A stretch of DNA of 64,000 nucleotides from the human T2T-CHM13v2.0 reference genome, Homo sapiens. The notes under the pieces are model-generated. The model did no database searches. It was not told the DNA's origin and saw only the letters and a list, made by a program, of their open reading frames with translations. Both the position numbers and the translations under genes were made by a program. Position 1 is the first letter of the stretch, and every line of letters starts with the position of its first letter. Shown one piece after another: positions 1 through 16,015 of this stretch. The stretch lies in assembly GCF_009914755.1 (NCBI RefSeq), contig NC_060926.1; one strand, written 5' to 3'.

Positions 1-1479
1 GGTACATAGCTGTGATCCCAGCTACTCAGGAGGCCGAGGTGGGAGGATTTCTTGAGCCTGGGAGGCTGAGGCTACAGTGAGCTATGATCATACCACTGCA
101 CTCCAGCCTGGGTGACAGAGGAAGACCCTGTCTCAAAAAGAAAAAAATAATATATCCTGAGATTAGTGACACTTCGCTATTATTCAAACCATAATTTGCA
201 TAATAATGGAATTTTATTTATAGAATTCTAAAATATCATTACTATAAAAGGTCTGGCATTTTATATCAATTATCTTCCGTTGTTCTATATTTTGACATAG
301 AGAAATAAAGAATTGTGTTATACTAACTTGTTAAACTTTAATTATACCACCATTTCTGGAACCCTAGGTGGGGGCACTTTCTTTGCTTGGTTCTCAGGCT
401 GCCATACTTGTTTCTTCCTACTTCACTGGCCACTTCTTCCTCATCTTCTCCAATGACTGCTCCCCATGTCTGGCCCTGAATTTTGGAGTGGTTTAGTAGG
501 CTTAGTTCTCAGACCTTTTTTTTTTTTTTTAAATCTACTTTCATTTTTAAAATGTTCTCATCCAGTCTTGGCTTTATGTATCATGTATACCTTCATGAGT
601 CACAGATATTTATCATATCCATGAAATCCAGGCTGGTGTATCCAAATGCTTACTCAATGTCTCTACTTGAGTATCTATACACATCTTAAACTTAACATGT
701 TCCAACCAAACCCATTATTTTTTCCCAAATTTTTTGAAATCTCCCACAGAGATTTCAAAATCTCTGCAAATAATAGTTGCACACTCTAATTGATCAAGCC
801 AAAAATCTTGAACTCACTCTTGAGTAATTTAAAGAAAATTTCAGACATTATGTCAAGTCACTCGCAGATATGGCATTTTGCATCTGTAACTGATAAGAAC
901 TTTTATTTTTCACATAAATAGCATACGTACCAAAATTAATGTAATTAATATCATCTAATACCTGGTTTGTATTCAAATATTACTAATTCTTTTCTTTTTC
1001 TTTTCTTTTCTTTTTTTTTTTTTTGGAGACGGAGTCTCCCTCTGTCACCCAGGCTGGAGTGCAGTGGTGCGATCTCGGCTCACTGCAACCTCTGCCTCCA
1101 GGTTCAAGTGATTCTTGCGCCTCAGCCTCCCAAGTAGCTGGAATTACAGGCACACACCATCACATCCAGCTAATTTTTGTATTTTTAGTAGAGATGGGGT
1201 TTCACTATGTCGGCCACACTGGTCTCAAACTCCTGACCTCAGGTAATCCGCCTGCCTTGGCCTCCCAAAGCACTGGGATTACAGGTGGGAGCCACCATGC
1301 CCAATCCAAATATTACTAATTCTTTCCAAGATGCCATTTTACAGTTGTTTTGTTCAAACTAAGACTGAATTATAAGGGATAAAGTCTATAAACTAATATA
1401 AAATATGTCAGATGGTTATTAATACTGCAGAGTAGAGAGGTAAAGTAAAAAGGACTATTTGGTTGGCTGTTTAACCCAG

Positions 1480-2990
1480 AGTGTTCAGGAAAGTCCTCTA
1501 TGAGAAAGTGACATTTAAACAGAAATGGGAATAAAGTGTTTCAAGGAGAACATAATCAACTGTGTCAAATACTGCAAATGGGTTACATGTAAGAGGATGA
1601 CTGAGGCTTGATCTTTGGATATGACAACAGGAAGGTCACTGGGTACCTTGACTAAAACTGCTTTTGTGGAATGGTCGAGGTAAATGCCTGATTGAAATGA
1701 GGTCAGGAGAGAATAGAAGGAGATGAAGTGGAAACGGTAAATATAGACAAGTTTTTTCAGATAAGGGGAGAAATATAGAAGAAACAATAAATATAGACAA
1801 GTTTTTTTCACATAAGGGGAGACGACAAGTGGGACATTGGCTAGAAGGGATGTGGAAAAATGGATAGTTTTTTTTTCTAAAAGGGAATATTACAGCATGT
1901 TTCATACTAGTAGGAATGATTCAGTAGTAAGAAAACATTGATGGTGCAGGAGAGAGAATAATTCCTGGAGAGAGGGCCTTGAGAATGTGAAAGAGGGCCG
2001 GGCACAGTGGCTCATGCCTGTAATCCCAGCACTTTGGGAGGCTGAGGCAGGCAGATCACCTGAGGTCAGAAATTCGAAACCAACCTGGCCAACATGGCAA
2101 AACCCTGTCTCTACTAAAAACACAAAAATTAGCCGGGCATGGTGGCACACGCCTGTGATCCCAGCTACTCACTTGGGAAGCTGGGGCAGGAGAATCGCTT
2201 GAACCCAGGAGGCAGAGGTTGCAGTGAGCCAAGATCGCACTCCAGCCTGCACTCCAGCCTGGGCAACAGAGCAAGACCCTGTCTCAAAAATAAATAAATA
2301 AATAAATAAAATAAAATGTGAAAGAGGATGGAATTCAGAGCACAACTGCAGAGTGTGTCTTTCGATAGGAGGATGGACAGTGTATCTACAGTAACAGGAG
2401 AGAAAGCAGAATATGTGGGCACTGATGCTGGTAGCTATGGAAATTTTCTCAGTGAAGTAGGAAGCAAAGTCATCAGCAGAGGGATCAGCAGATGATGGAG
2501 AGTTGAAGAGGGAAAAGGAATGAAATAGCCCTCTAGAAGAGTTGGAGAGTAAATGGGCTAGGGAATGTATGGGAATCTATTAAAACTCATTTGAAGGTGG
2601 AGCTATGAATTTGCAGTATCTTCTGCATGGTTGGTTGTTTTTCTCCAGTCACATTTAACTGCTGGGTGTGACATAGGAAGAGAGCTGGATTTAACTGGGC
2701 CTGGAGTTTGGCCATAAAGCACAGTGAAGGCAAAGAGAGGAAAGATATTTAAGAGTGTATGCAAAAATAACTATAATGATGGACCATGAAATACAAGCTG
2801 GAGAAGTAGAAAAGAGTGAACTTAACAGGGAGTGATGGGCAGTGAAAAGGCGGTAATGGCCTATAGGTTTCAGGAGTGGAAAAATTGTGGGAGTCAAGGA
2901 ACAGTGAGAGTGAGCTGGAAAAATAGAAGGTGCTGGTAGATTTAAGGCAAAAATATATAGTCTAAAATTAAGAGAATTGAGAAAATACGC
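1480..2990 (-). mobile_element. LINE-2 fragment, interrupted by an Alu at ~1996-2315
   Basis: - strand translation HSTKAVLVKVPSDL resembles the L2/CR1 reverse-transcriptase motif HSTETALLKVxxDL. Confidence 0.7.
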
Positions 2991-3077
2991 AGTCATATGA
3001 ACTGATAGTGGTAATGTAAATCAGTATCACCTTTTTTGTGTGGTAGCATCATGGCAATATCTAAAATTGCCATGTTA

Positions 3078-3209
<132 letters not shown>

Positions 3210-3234
3210 TTAGCTTGGTGTGGTGGCGGGTGCC

Positions 3235-3900
<666 letters not shown>

Positions 3901-4038
3901 TTGTAAATTTAAAACTCTGTAATCTTAAACTTGAATAGTCTTTTAGAGTACCTGTAGACTCCCTGTGGAGAGGAGAATAAAATCCTAGTATCTAATTTTT
4001 CTATCAATAATATTTACATAGTTACAATGTGTCAATGA

Positions 4039-4257
<219 letters not shown>

Positions 4258-5729
4258 TAGCCAGGATTGTCTCGATCTCCTGACCTTGTGATCCGCCCAC
4301 CTCGGCCTCCCAAAGTGCTGGGATTACAGGCGTGAGCCACCGCGCCCGGCCTCAATTTTTAGCAGTAGCCTAAAAGCAAAACAGAGAAAACTTAAATGTG
4401 GTTATGTCAACCTTTGTAATGTGAAAATAACAGTATAAGCACAGATAGCAGGAGGAAGAGGGAGAACATGAAAAGATGGGAATTAATCTCATCTACTACA
4501 GTGTTTACCAGTAAATCAAGAAATAGTAGTAAAGGCCCATTGTTTAGAATTAAAGAAGTAACCATCAAAAAGCCTTGGTAGGAAGGTCTGATGGCAGATA
4601 CTTGTAGTCCCAACTACTTGGAAGGCTGAAGCAGGAGGATTGCTTCAGTCCAGGAGTTCAAGGCTGCAGTGAGCTATGATGGTGCCTGTGAATGGCCACT
4701 GCACTCCAACCTGGGCAATACAGCAAGACTCCGTCTGTTTGAAAAACAAAAAACAAAACAAACAAACAAACAAAAAAACGAGAACAAGAAAGCCATGAAA
4801 TAGCAACAGTTAAAAGTGGTTTCCTCTGAGAAGTTCAATTAGGGGTGGGAGAGGGTGGGGCAGTAGAACACCTTTTTTATTTTTCATTATAAGCCCTATT
4901 ACATTATTGTTTTTTTTCCATGTATGTAATTATTGTGATAAAATGTTTTAAGATAAGAACATTTTAATAAAGAAAGGGGAATTACTTACAATTCATTATG
5001 CCTGGAGTTTAAATTTTATCAGTTTTCACAGAAGTTCCTGGGTGGGATTGGTTATTAGAAGATCTATGGGCATGAACAGCAGAGGAGGGAGGAAGAGGGA
5101 GAGGGTAATGGGTATATTCAAATATAAAATTTGGTTGTCAGAAGTAATTTTCAGTATGGTACAATGTATATTTATCATATTTTTAATCCAACTGTGTCCT
5201 AGCAACTAGGGCCTTGGGCCAAATCCCTAAGGAGAGACAGCCATTACTTTAGAAAGAGTGAAATCCCTGGATTCTCTAAAAGTGAGATGTACAAAGCAAC
5301 ACTGTTCTGTAGAGGTCTGGAGGTGACAGGGAACACTGCTGTTGTCCTAACAGACTAGGGCTTCAGTCTGGATATGTACCAAGAAGAATCCTGGGCACCA
5401 GGGCACTCCTTGCAGAAGCACATGTAATTAATTTTGAGGGAAAGACAAGGCTTTGCATTGCTGTGGGTATAGGTGAAACTAGAAAAATACTGTCCCCTTA
5501 ATGTTGTTATAATCTATAGTAGCCACAGCCTGGTGTGGCCTATAAAAACATGATAAGCACTGTTGATTTTATAGCAAAATGCTTTTAGGAAGATAAGCAG
5601 CATTATACCATGATTAAAGATACATTTACAAATGAACACATAAATGCTATAATGGTAAATCTCAAATATAATCCAACAACAGAGTTTTGATTTGACAGAG
5701 ATGCAAGGATAAACCTTTCCGGTTGCAGC

Positions 5730-6082
5730 ATTATGGGGGATAACATGGGATAGAGTATGTTATTTTTCCCTATTATTTGCTGTCCTCCCTATAAAAGGAT
5801 TATGTTTACCCATTTTCATTAACGTTAACCTTATGACTTGCTTTGCCTATGGAATGTATGCAGAAGTGATGTATGCCCCACATCTAAGCAGAAGCTTTAA
5901 AAGACATCTGGTGGTTCAGACGTGAGGTCTGCGTGTGCTGCATCGTGGTTGCTCCTGGAATAAAGATCCTAGAACAGAGCTATAACCACAGTGTGTATAG
6001 TGGATGAGTAATTAACCTTTGTTATTGTCAAGCCACTGTGATTTTGTTTTCTTTTTGTTGTTGTTGTTCCGCAACATAACCT
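5730..6082 (+). mobile_element. Old MLT1-type (MaLR) LTR
   Basis: Characteristic tgacttgctttgcc..tggaatgt..gcagaagtga and aagccactg..gcaacataacct motifs. Confidence 0.6.
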
Positions 6083-6336
6083 ACTGAAAGCTAACTATTA
6101 CATAGCATAAGCTTAAAACACTTTCGCTACCAACTCTCAGAAAAGCTAGTTCCATTACCATTATAGCAAACATAATTATAAATGCATAAACTCCCAAGAA
6201 AGTAAGGGAAATATCCAGGACCACTAAACGAAGGGGATACTGAAACAAAGTGTAAGTTGTTAAAATGATGCTGCAGCTATAAATAGTAATAAGAAACAAA
6301 GAGAAATGCAATAAATGAACCTTTAAAAATCTATAA

Positions 6337-6581
<245 letters not shown>

Positions 6582-7125
6582 TGATCTACCCACCTTGGCC
6601 TCCCAAATGCTGGGATTACAGGTGTGAGCCACCACGCTTGGCTAGAAAATGGGTAATTTCTTAAAGGCAAGTGAGAAGAAGGGAAATATTAAAAACAAAA
6701 GCAGAAATAAATTGAGTAATAGAAAACAGAACATAAAATACATGTAGCCAATGACTATATCTATTTGTTTAAAAATGGTTTCTAGAGCATTCCATCTCCC
6801 TGCTGTGGTCCCACTCTCTTACAATTAGGCTTGATTTCCAAACTGTCATGGGTTTGATATTCACCAAGAGAAAGCAAATACATATTTGGCACATTAATAA
6901 TATTTAACAACAATGAATTATGGTTACATATAGAAATAATTTATGTTCTGAACAAATGTTTATGCTTCTGTAAAAAATAAAATGGAAAATATTCTGTATC
7001 AGACACTACATCTTCACCATAGACTTGTCACGATCTAGGTCAGTGTTTTCATTTGAGAATAGAAACCTACTGGTAAATCATAAAATCAGTTTAATGGTTA
7101 TAATTTACATTAAAAAATAGAAAAG

Positions 7126-7190
7126 GTGCTCCCTTTGGCAGCACATATACTAAAATTGGAATGACACAGCAAAGATTAGCATGGCCCCTG
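7126..7190 (+). pseudogene. 3'-truncated U6 snRNA retropseudogene
   Basis: Matches U6 nt 1-65 (GTGCTC..GGCAGCACATATACTAAAATTGGAA..GATTAGCATGGCCCCTG); 14-bp target-site duplication aaaaaatagaaaag at 7112-7125 and 7196-7209. Confidence 0.93.
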
Positions 7191-7569
7191 TAAGAAAAAA
7201 ATAGAAAAGAGTAGAATTTGAAAATATCATTGTGCAGTGCATGTAGGTAAGTACTGTTTCATGAAATATTAGTCTCATTTCTATAATATGTGTGTGTCCT
7301 AGGTTGAGATTAAAATGTATATTTTACTGTAGGTGGAGAAGGGAAAAAAAAAGTTTGAAAGTTGCTGACTTTGCCCCCTGTGATCAAGTGATGCTCAAAA
7401 TATTTCACAACTGGTAATGCTTAGTCATAGCCCAGTCAGAATGAAAGCTGGCTGCGATATTGGAATCCTGCTATGCCAGGGGTTACTCCTTTTATGCTAG
7501 ACTGAGGGTCCTAAGGGAAGGGTCAGGATGGCCGAGGCACTAGGGGGAGTTGGTGCAGTGACTTTATGG

Positions 7570-8082
7570 GTGTATCAGTTTTCTATTGCTGCAGTAACAA
7601 ATTACAACAAACTTAGTGGTTTAAAATAACATTAATTTATTATCTTACGGTTCTTTAAGTCAGAAGTCAGGCACAGGTCTCACTGATCTAAAATGAAGGT
7701 GTTGACATGGCTGTATTACTTTTCAGGTGCGCTGAAGAAGAATAGGTTTCCTTGCCTTGTTCAGCTTCTAGAATTTGCCCACATTCTTTGATTCATGGTC
7801 CATTTCCTCTGTCTTCAAAGCCAGCAACATTGCATCTCCCTCTGATCCTTTTCCCATAGTCACATCACTCCCTCTGACTGCAGCTGGGAAAGGTCCTCCA
7901 CTTTGAAGGATCCTTGTAATTAGATTGGGCCCACCTGGATAATCCAGAGTACTCTCTCCATTTCAATATCCTTAACCTTAACCCCATTTGCAAAGTCCCT
8001 TTTGCCATGTAAAGGAACATTTTCACAGATTCCAGAGGATTAGGGAATGGGCATTTTTGGAGGCCACGATTCTGCATATCAC
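7570..8082 (-). mobile_element. MLT1C/D-type MaLR LTR
   Basis: tgtatcagttttctattgctgcagtaacaaattac... terminus and gggcccacctggataatccag motif. Confidence 0.8.
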
Positions 8083-8246
8083 AATGGGTATGGAAAAGTT
8101 TCATTATCTGAACAATCAGCACAACCACACCTGTGCATCCTGCCACAGTGGAACTGAAAACAGGTCACCTGTGAAATCACCCATTTGGAGTCTCCATTGC
8201 AGCATTCCATGAATGTGTCTTGAATGTTTGCCCTATCCCTTCTAAG

Positions 8247-8388
8247 AGGAGAGAGGGGAAAGTTTACGCTTCACAAATATAACTCAATCCATTGCTTTCA
8301 CATCTCCAGTATTTTCCTAGAAGGTTTAACTGTGAAATGGGTTGACTACCTCGGACCTAGGAGAACTGAGAGAGAATTGTGCACAAAC
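8247..8388 (+). pseudogene. Best-preserved pseudo-exon (GERGKFTLHKYNSIHCFHISSIFLEGLTVKWVDYLGPRRTERELCTN)
   Basis: ccctatcccttctaag| ... AAC|gtaaga; 47 codons with no stop; phase 2/0. Confidence 0.6.
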
Positions 8389-9601
8389 GTAAGAAAAGTA
8401 TATAACAGAAATATTCTTCCTTTTATCACAAGTGAAAAATGTAAATATATAGATGAGCTTATTTTAATACCTATATCAATATTAATTTCCATTGGTAATA
8501 TTAGGCGTTTTATGATGACAGCAAGTGACAGCTTTTAAAAAATAAAAAGGTTCCAGAAAGCCATCCCAACTTTTATAATTCTAAGCTGTTTCATAATTCT
8601 GGAAAAAGTCTCTGGAATAGCATTTCAGAATAGTATCTCACAAAATATACTTATAGATGTAGGATGTCTGTGCACATACACATATGCCCTGGAAAGGAGA
8701 AAAGCTTATTTTAAAAACTAGTGTTTTAAGTGTATAAGATCTTTTAAAATTAAATGTGCTCTACTATACAGTAGAATTTTCAAAACAATCTTTGAAATGA
8801 TCTATGCATGTTTACCATTAGTGCAATCCTTCTGCTCAGCACTGCTCTTTGAATGCTTTTTATGCTAACTAACAAAATAGGAATTAACTCATTTTCGAAT
8901 CATTTAATTCCGGCCACAAAACCTCAGTGAACTCTAACGAAGCACTTTATCAATCAGAGTGAGGGTGGAGGAAATAAAAAGAAGCTTTAAAAAATTCCAC
9001 ATCAGGTATCAAATGATGGTAATGTGAGCCTTTTACAAATGCTTGTGGATCTGCCTGAGTGGTATATGAAAAGGAAGTTAATCTTGGGACATAACTCTAT
9101 TATGCTGTTTTACTCCGTTGTCTAAAGACATTGAAGGATGCTAATTTAATCTAGCTTTTGTATTTTTGGTGACTTGCTCTTCTTCCATTATAAAGGCGAC
9201 TTTACAGATAATTAGTAAGCTAGATTTTTTTTTTTCTTATGAATCTCATTGGCTCTTGCCACTTAGACAAAAGGAAAGGTTTCAGTTGTTGCTCCTCTAC
9301 CCCCATCCTCAATTTTGAAGACAAAATGCTTTCTAATTGGAAAAAATGGAGTCTTTTTCAAAATCCATGCTGCCTTTCATCATTTTTCCTTTTCTCATCC
9401 ATCCTTAACTACCTATCTTGGTCTTGTGTTACTGCCATCTTTTTTTAAAAAAAATTTTAATTTTTGTGGGCACATAGTAGGTGTATTATTGCCATCCTAA
9501 TAAACCTCAACAGTAAGATTTCCCAAGAAATGATTGGGAAGTGATTAATGTTTTATATTTGTTCAGTCATTCAGAATTTCCTATCAAATGTAACTGATTA
9601 A

Positions 9602-9841
<240 letters not shown>

Positions 9842-9921
9842 TAAGTGATCTGCCCGCCTCAGCCTCCCAAAGTGCTGGAATTATAGGCATGAGCCACCAT
9901 GCCCAGCCTGATTGATATTAT

Positions 9922-10382
9922 TGTGCCAGTTACATTTCTTGGCTCAATGTCACATTCCCTTTCTGCACTCTGTTTTATAACTGCAGGGCCTGGAAGCCTG
10001 TATACTCCATTTCCCAGAATCCTTTACCGACTGGCTTCTAGTCAAATTTGGCCAATGAGAGTTACTGGTGAGAGGAAAGACGCCATTCTGATCTGGCACC
10101 AGTGGTGGAGGTGTCTCAGTGGCCAATTCGGCACTGGCCACATAGGGCCTCTTCTGTGAAGGTAGAGAATTGGCACTGGCCACACCGTAACCTCCAGCAG
10201 CAAATGCAGCTAGAGGGCTCCAGCCTAAGAGTGGTAGCAGCTCTCTCATCTCTGGGCAGCCTTCGTTCCTTTCTCCCCCAGCCTTTCCAATGCCTTTGCA
10301 ACCGTTTCCCAGAATTAAATCCCTTTGTGTTTGAATGATGTACAGTGTTTTTTGTTTTCCTGATTGGGACTGACTGGCTGAT
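9922..10382 (+). mobile_element. LTR33-like ERVL LTR
   Basis: catttcccagaatcc..ggccaatgagag and 3' end attaaatccc...ttttcctgattgggactgact resemble the LTR33 family. Confidence 0.6.
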
Positions 10383-12932
10383 TATAGACCAAAGTATTCA
10401 GAAGCTTTGGGAAACCAAGGTGTTTATAAGTCAAAATAGTGTAATGCTTTTCTGGAAACCAGTCTTCCCTCCAAACTGTTATCAGGCAAATTTTATGCAG
10501 TTCTTAGTCCTAAACACTTGAGGCTCCACCCAAATGCAATGGATCATGGAGTTTGCTTCCTGTTTCAGGGGTGCACATGGCATAGCCAGTGTGTGGTTTG
10601 GGCACCCTGGAAAGTGGCTATGGGCAACGGTGGACATCCTTGGCTTTTGGGCAGTACGAATAGCTAGGTTCACCCGCTGTTCAGGGATACGTGACTGAGG
10701 TCTCAGGCTCTGCTGGTTCCTTGAAAAGTCGTTGAGAATATTTAGCGACTTGCAAGTGAGGAAGGAAATTGGTCAGGCAATAGAAGTTTTAGGCACCTAA
10801 CTGAAGGTGGAGTGGTGGCGTAGGCGCTCTCCTACCCAGGTCGTCATCTATTTGACAACTGTGTCCAGTAGGAGTATTTCTGGCTTTTGTTTCACAAACC
10901 AGGGACTTGGATGGGAGACCCCAAAGGGAATAGTGTCCATTAGGGTTAGATTTCCTCTGGGTGGTTAAGGCTACGTTGGGGAGGGTGCCTGTGGCTGCCA
11001 AAATTTCTGGGCTCCTCAAATTCTTTTCTCCAGGACCAGAAGATGCATTTGTCTTGGTCTTTACTTAATGTCTCTCTTTCTCAAATCTGTTTTTGCTTAT
11101 CATTGTACCCTCTGGGCATAGCAAAGTGCTACATGTATTCATTCATTGAATTATTCATTCATTCAATTAATATTAAATGCCTAATTTATTCCCCAAACAT
11201 CAACATACCAATAACCTCTTCAAAAGTTTCAGAATTTGGGTGGGGCACAGTGGCTCATGCCTGTAATCCCAGCACTTTGGAGGACAAGGTAGGAGGATTG
11301 CTTGAGCCCTGGAGTTCAAGACCAGCCTGGGCAACATAGTGAGACCCCATCTCTAAAACAATAATTAAAAATATATAAAAATTTTTAAAAGTTTCAGAAG
11401 TTTATGTCAATTCATATTGAACACTCTTACAGTGACTTCCTGTAACAAAATCTCTATACACCCTTGAATCTCTGTGTACATATACATACAGAAATTATGT
11501 CTTTCTTAATGGATTATGTATTTCTTAATTGATCTGTAAATCAATTAAGAGATTCATAAATTACTATTTCTTAATGATTTACAGATTTTCTGGAATGTTT
11601 TCCTACTGTTCTTCTAACTCTGCAGGCAAGAGCCCTTTGTCTATATGTGATAACCCCAGTGCTCACAACTCCAGTGAGTTTCAAACTTTAATGAACATAG
11701 CATAAAAAGTAGGTATAACTCTTTATTTTTTATTTTTATTTTTTATTTCCATAGGTTTTTGGGGAACAGGTGGTGTTTGGTTACATGAATAAGTTTTTTA
11801 GTAGTGACTTCTGAGATTTTGGTGCACCCATCACCTAAGCACTATGCCACTGTACTCGGTTTGCAGTCTTTTCCTCACCACCCTCGACCATTTCCCCTGA
11901 GCCCCCAAAGTCCAAAAGTCGGTATAACTTTTGATCAACCAAATGGACAATAAACAAACTTTCCATTTTTTGGGAGACTAAAAAGCTTAGTAAAATGTTT
12001 GGAAATAAGGTAATACACATAAATAAGGAAAAAACATAAATAAAATATATACAGTACATATAAAATATTCATGTATAAATTAAATGCCATTCACAGGTAC
12101 CAAAAATACTCAGTTTGAAATAAGTAATTAAAAAGGAATCCTAATTTACAATAGCAGCAGATGTGAATAAGTTAATGAACTTTGAGGGAAAATATATTAC
12201 CAATATGAAGAAAACCAGAAGATTCTTCTGAAAAGTATAAAGTACAAGAAAAGCAATATGATATTTTTAGAAGACTACTATTTTAATAATGTCGTTCTCC
12301 CACCAATGAATTAATATGCATAGAGCAAAATCCCAATAAAAAATAATTTGGGAGAACTTGACAAAATAATTCTGAAATTTATCAAAAAGAATAAACAGAT
12401 AAGAATAGCTAATATCCCCAGCTATCATAAAAAATGATCTAACATTACATTAACTTTTTTTTTTTGAGACAGAGTCTCACTTTGTCACCCAGGCTGGAGT
12501 GCAGTGGCACATTCAGGGCTCACTGCAGCCTTGAACTCCCCAGCTCAGGTGATCCTCCCATCTCAGCCACCTGAGTAGCTGGGAGTACAGGCATGTACCT
12601 ACAGGCACATGCCACCAGGCCCAGCTAATGTTTTGTATTTTTTGTAGAGACATGGTATTGCCCTGTTTCCCAGGCTGGTCTCAAATTCCTGGAGTCAAGC
12701 GATCCTCCCGCCTTGGTCTCCCAAAGTACTGAGATTACAGGCATGAGTCACTACCCCTGGCTACATTAATTTAAAAAATACATACAAAAATAACAAGGAT
12801 TATCTCATGTTTTATATTATTTTTTGTGTTCACATTATTATTTTAACAAAATATTTTTCTATGAAAAATGCAAGCAGAAATTTTATATTATAAATTATAA
12901 ATTGGTAAGGTTCAGATGCCATGAGTAGCATA

Positions 12933-12936
<4 letters not shown>

Positions 12937-12990
<54 letters not shown>
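12937..12990. repeat. (TAAA)n microsatellite, ~13 units
   Basis: Read directly. Confidence 0.95.
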
Positions 12991-13099
12991 AAAGAGGAGC
13001 ATTAAGGTAGTAAGATTTTATTTTATCAAGAATTGGGACCAGGCACGGTGGCTCATGCTTGTAATCCCAGCACTTTGGGAGGCCGAGGTGGGCGGATCA

Positions 13100-13417
<318 letters not shown>

Positions 13418-14358
13418 TCAATGTTTTCAATAGCTGGATTGCACTCACATATAATTTCATTTAAAATTAGCTTAGCTTTTGGTTTTTTATATTTAGGCAG
13501 CCACCATTATTCCTAAATACTTAAGATAATGACTTAAATGATGAATTCATTTATTAAATGATGAAGTTTCAGCATCAAATGAATGGTTGGTCCAACCTCT
13601 CTAAAAGTGGTACTTTGAGATCTGTTAATCAAAAGATAATTCATTGAAATAATTCCTTTATCCTATTAGGTCATTTGAAACCAAAATCCTTCTTTTTTTT
13701 TTTTTTTTTTTTTGAGACAGGCTCTTGCTCTGTTGCCTGGAGTGGAAAGCAGTGACGCCATCATGGCTCACTGCGCTCATTGCAGCCTTGAACTTCTGAG
13801 CTCAGGCCTTCCTTCCTCCTCAGCCTCATATGGAGCTGGGACTACAGGTGTATGCCACCACTCCAAGCACATTTTTAAATAATTTTTTTTGTAGAGACGA
13901 GCGGTGGTGGGGGCTGAGGGAGGGCTGACTTGCTATGTTACCCAGGCTGGTCTCAAACTCCTGGTCTCAAGCCATCCTCCTGCCCTCCTGCCTCAGCCTC
14001 CCAAAGTGTTGGGATTGCATGCATGAGCCACCATGCCTGGCCTGTAAGGCTTTTTAAAATTTGTATTTTTCCCTACTTGGGAGCTAACAAGTTACCAGAA
14101 TGTGTTTTAAATATACATTTATACTCCTATAGAAATACAAGAAGCAACATATGCAGGATTGTTACAATAGTATAAACACCAAATCTTAAAGTTTCAGTAA
14201 TAATGGATATGGTTGTGGATACTACATGTAAAACTGGTGTTTACTGAAGTGCATAGTTTCAGTGAGTTTTTAAAAAAGTGTAATTATGGTAATGGATTAG
14301 GACAATGGATTCATCTTTGAAAAGTAGTTCAATGATATGGGTGTAATTTCAGTACTAA

Positions 14359-14646
<288 letters not shown>

Positions 14647-15509
14647 TGATCTGCCCACCTCGGCTTCCCAAAGTGCTGGGATTACAGGCTTGATCCACTG
14701 CACCCGACCGCCAAAGGCATTTTTTAAAATCACAAGACAGCCAGGACTAAATGATTAACTAATATGTCCCTGGATGCTCAACAAAACAAGAATACAATTT
14801 AAAGATTAGACACAAGAACCCATAAATAGTTGTAAACCATTCCTTAGATTCTAGAGTGAAGGAGATAACTAGTCATAAGAATGAGATCTTCAGGGAACCT
14901 GTGGAGATGGATATAACTGGCACTCTCCCAAAGTGCTGGGATGCCCGGCCTGGTAAACTCTTTTGTTTTCTCTCTCTTTTTTTTTGAGACTGAGTCTCGC
15001 TCTATCGCCATGCTGGAGTCCAGTGGCATGATCTCGGCTCACTGCAACCTCCGCCTCCTGGGTTCAAGCGATTCTCCTGCTTACCCAAGACCATTTTTTG
15101 ATATAATTATCCATAATTTATACATGGCAAAATGTTCATGTCCATTATTTAAACCAAATCACCTATTAAAAAAATAGCAAAAATTCAGTAGGATTAGATG
15201 CAAAAAGTACAGACAGAGCTAAAAGAATGTTAACAAAGGGAAACAACAGCAACAAAATGCCAAAGGTGGAAAAAACAGATCCTTCTCAGAATGGCAAAAT
15301 AAGGACGCTCAGATAGGAAGTAAGTGTCAAACCAAATTGTTAAGATGCCAGTATAAATAATTTTGGAGACATGAGCAGAGACTGATACTGATTCTCAACT
15401 GTCAAAATATTAGAAATGAAAATTATGTATGCATAGTAAGGACATGTTTAGTGGTGAAACATTCTAAGTTTTTAATGTACTCATACTGAGTAAATTTCAT
15501 ACTTTGAAG

Positions 15510-16015
<506 letters not shown>

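Noticed and set aside
15140-15175. Short match (aaaccaaatca..tattaa) to the reverse complement of the CFAP36 intron 1 end, suggesting an inverted CFAP36 pseudogene
   Set aside because: Only ~11 nt of AT-rich identity and no exon-2 or exon-3 homology nearby
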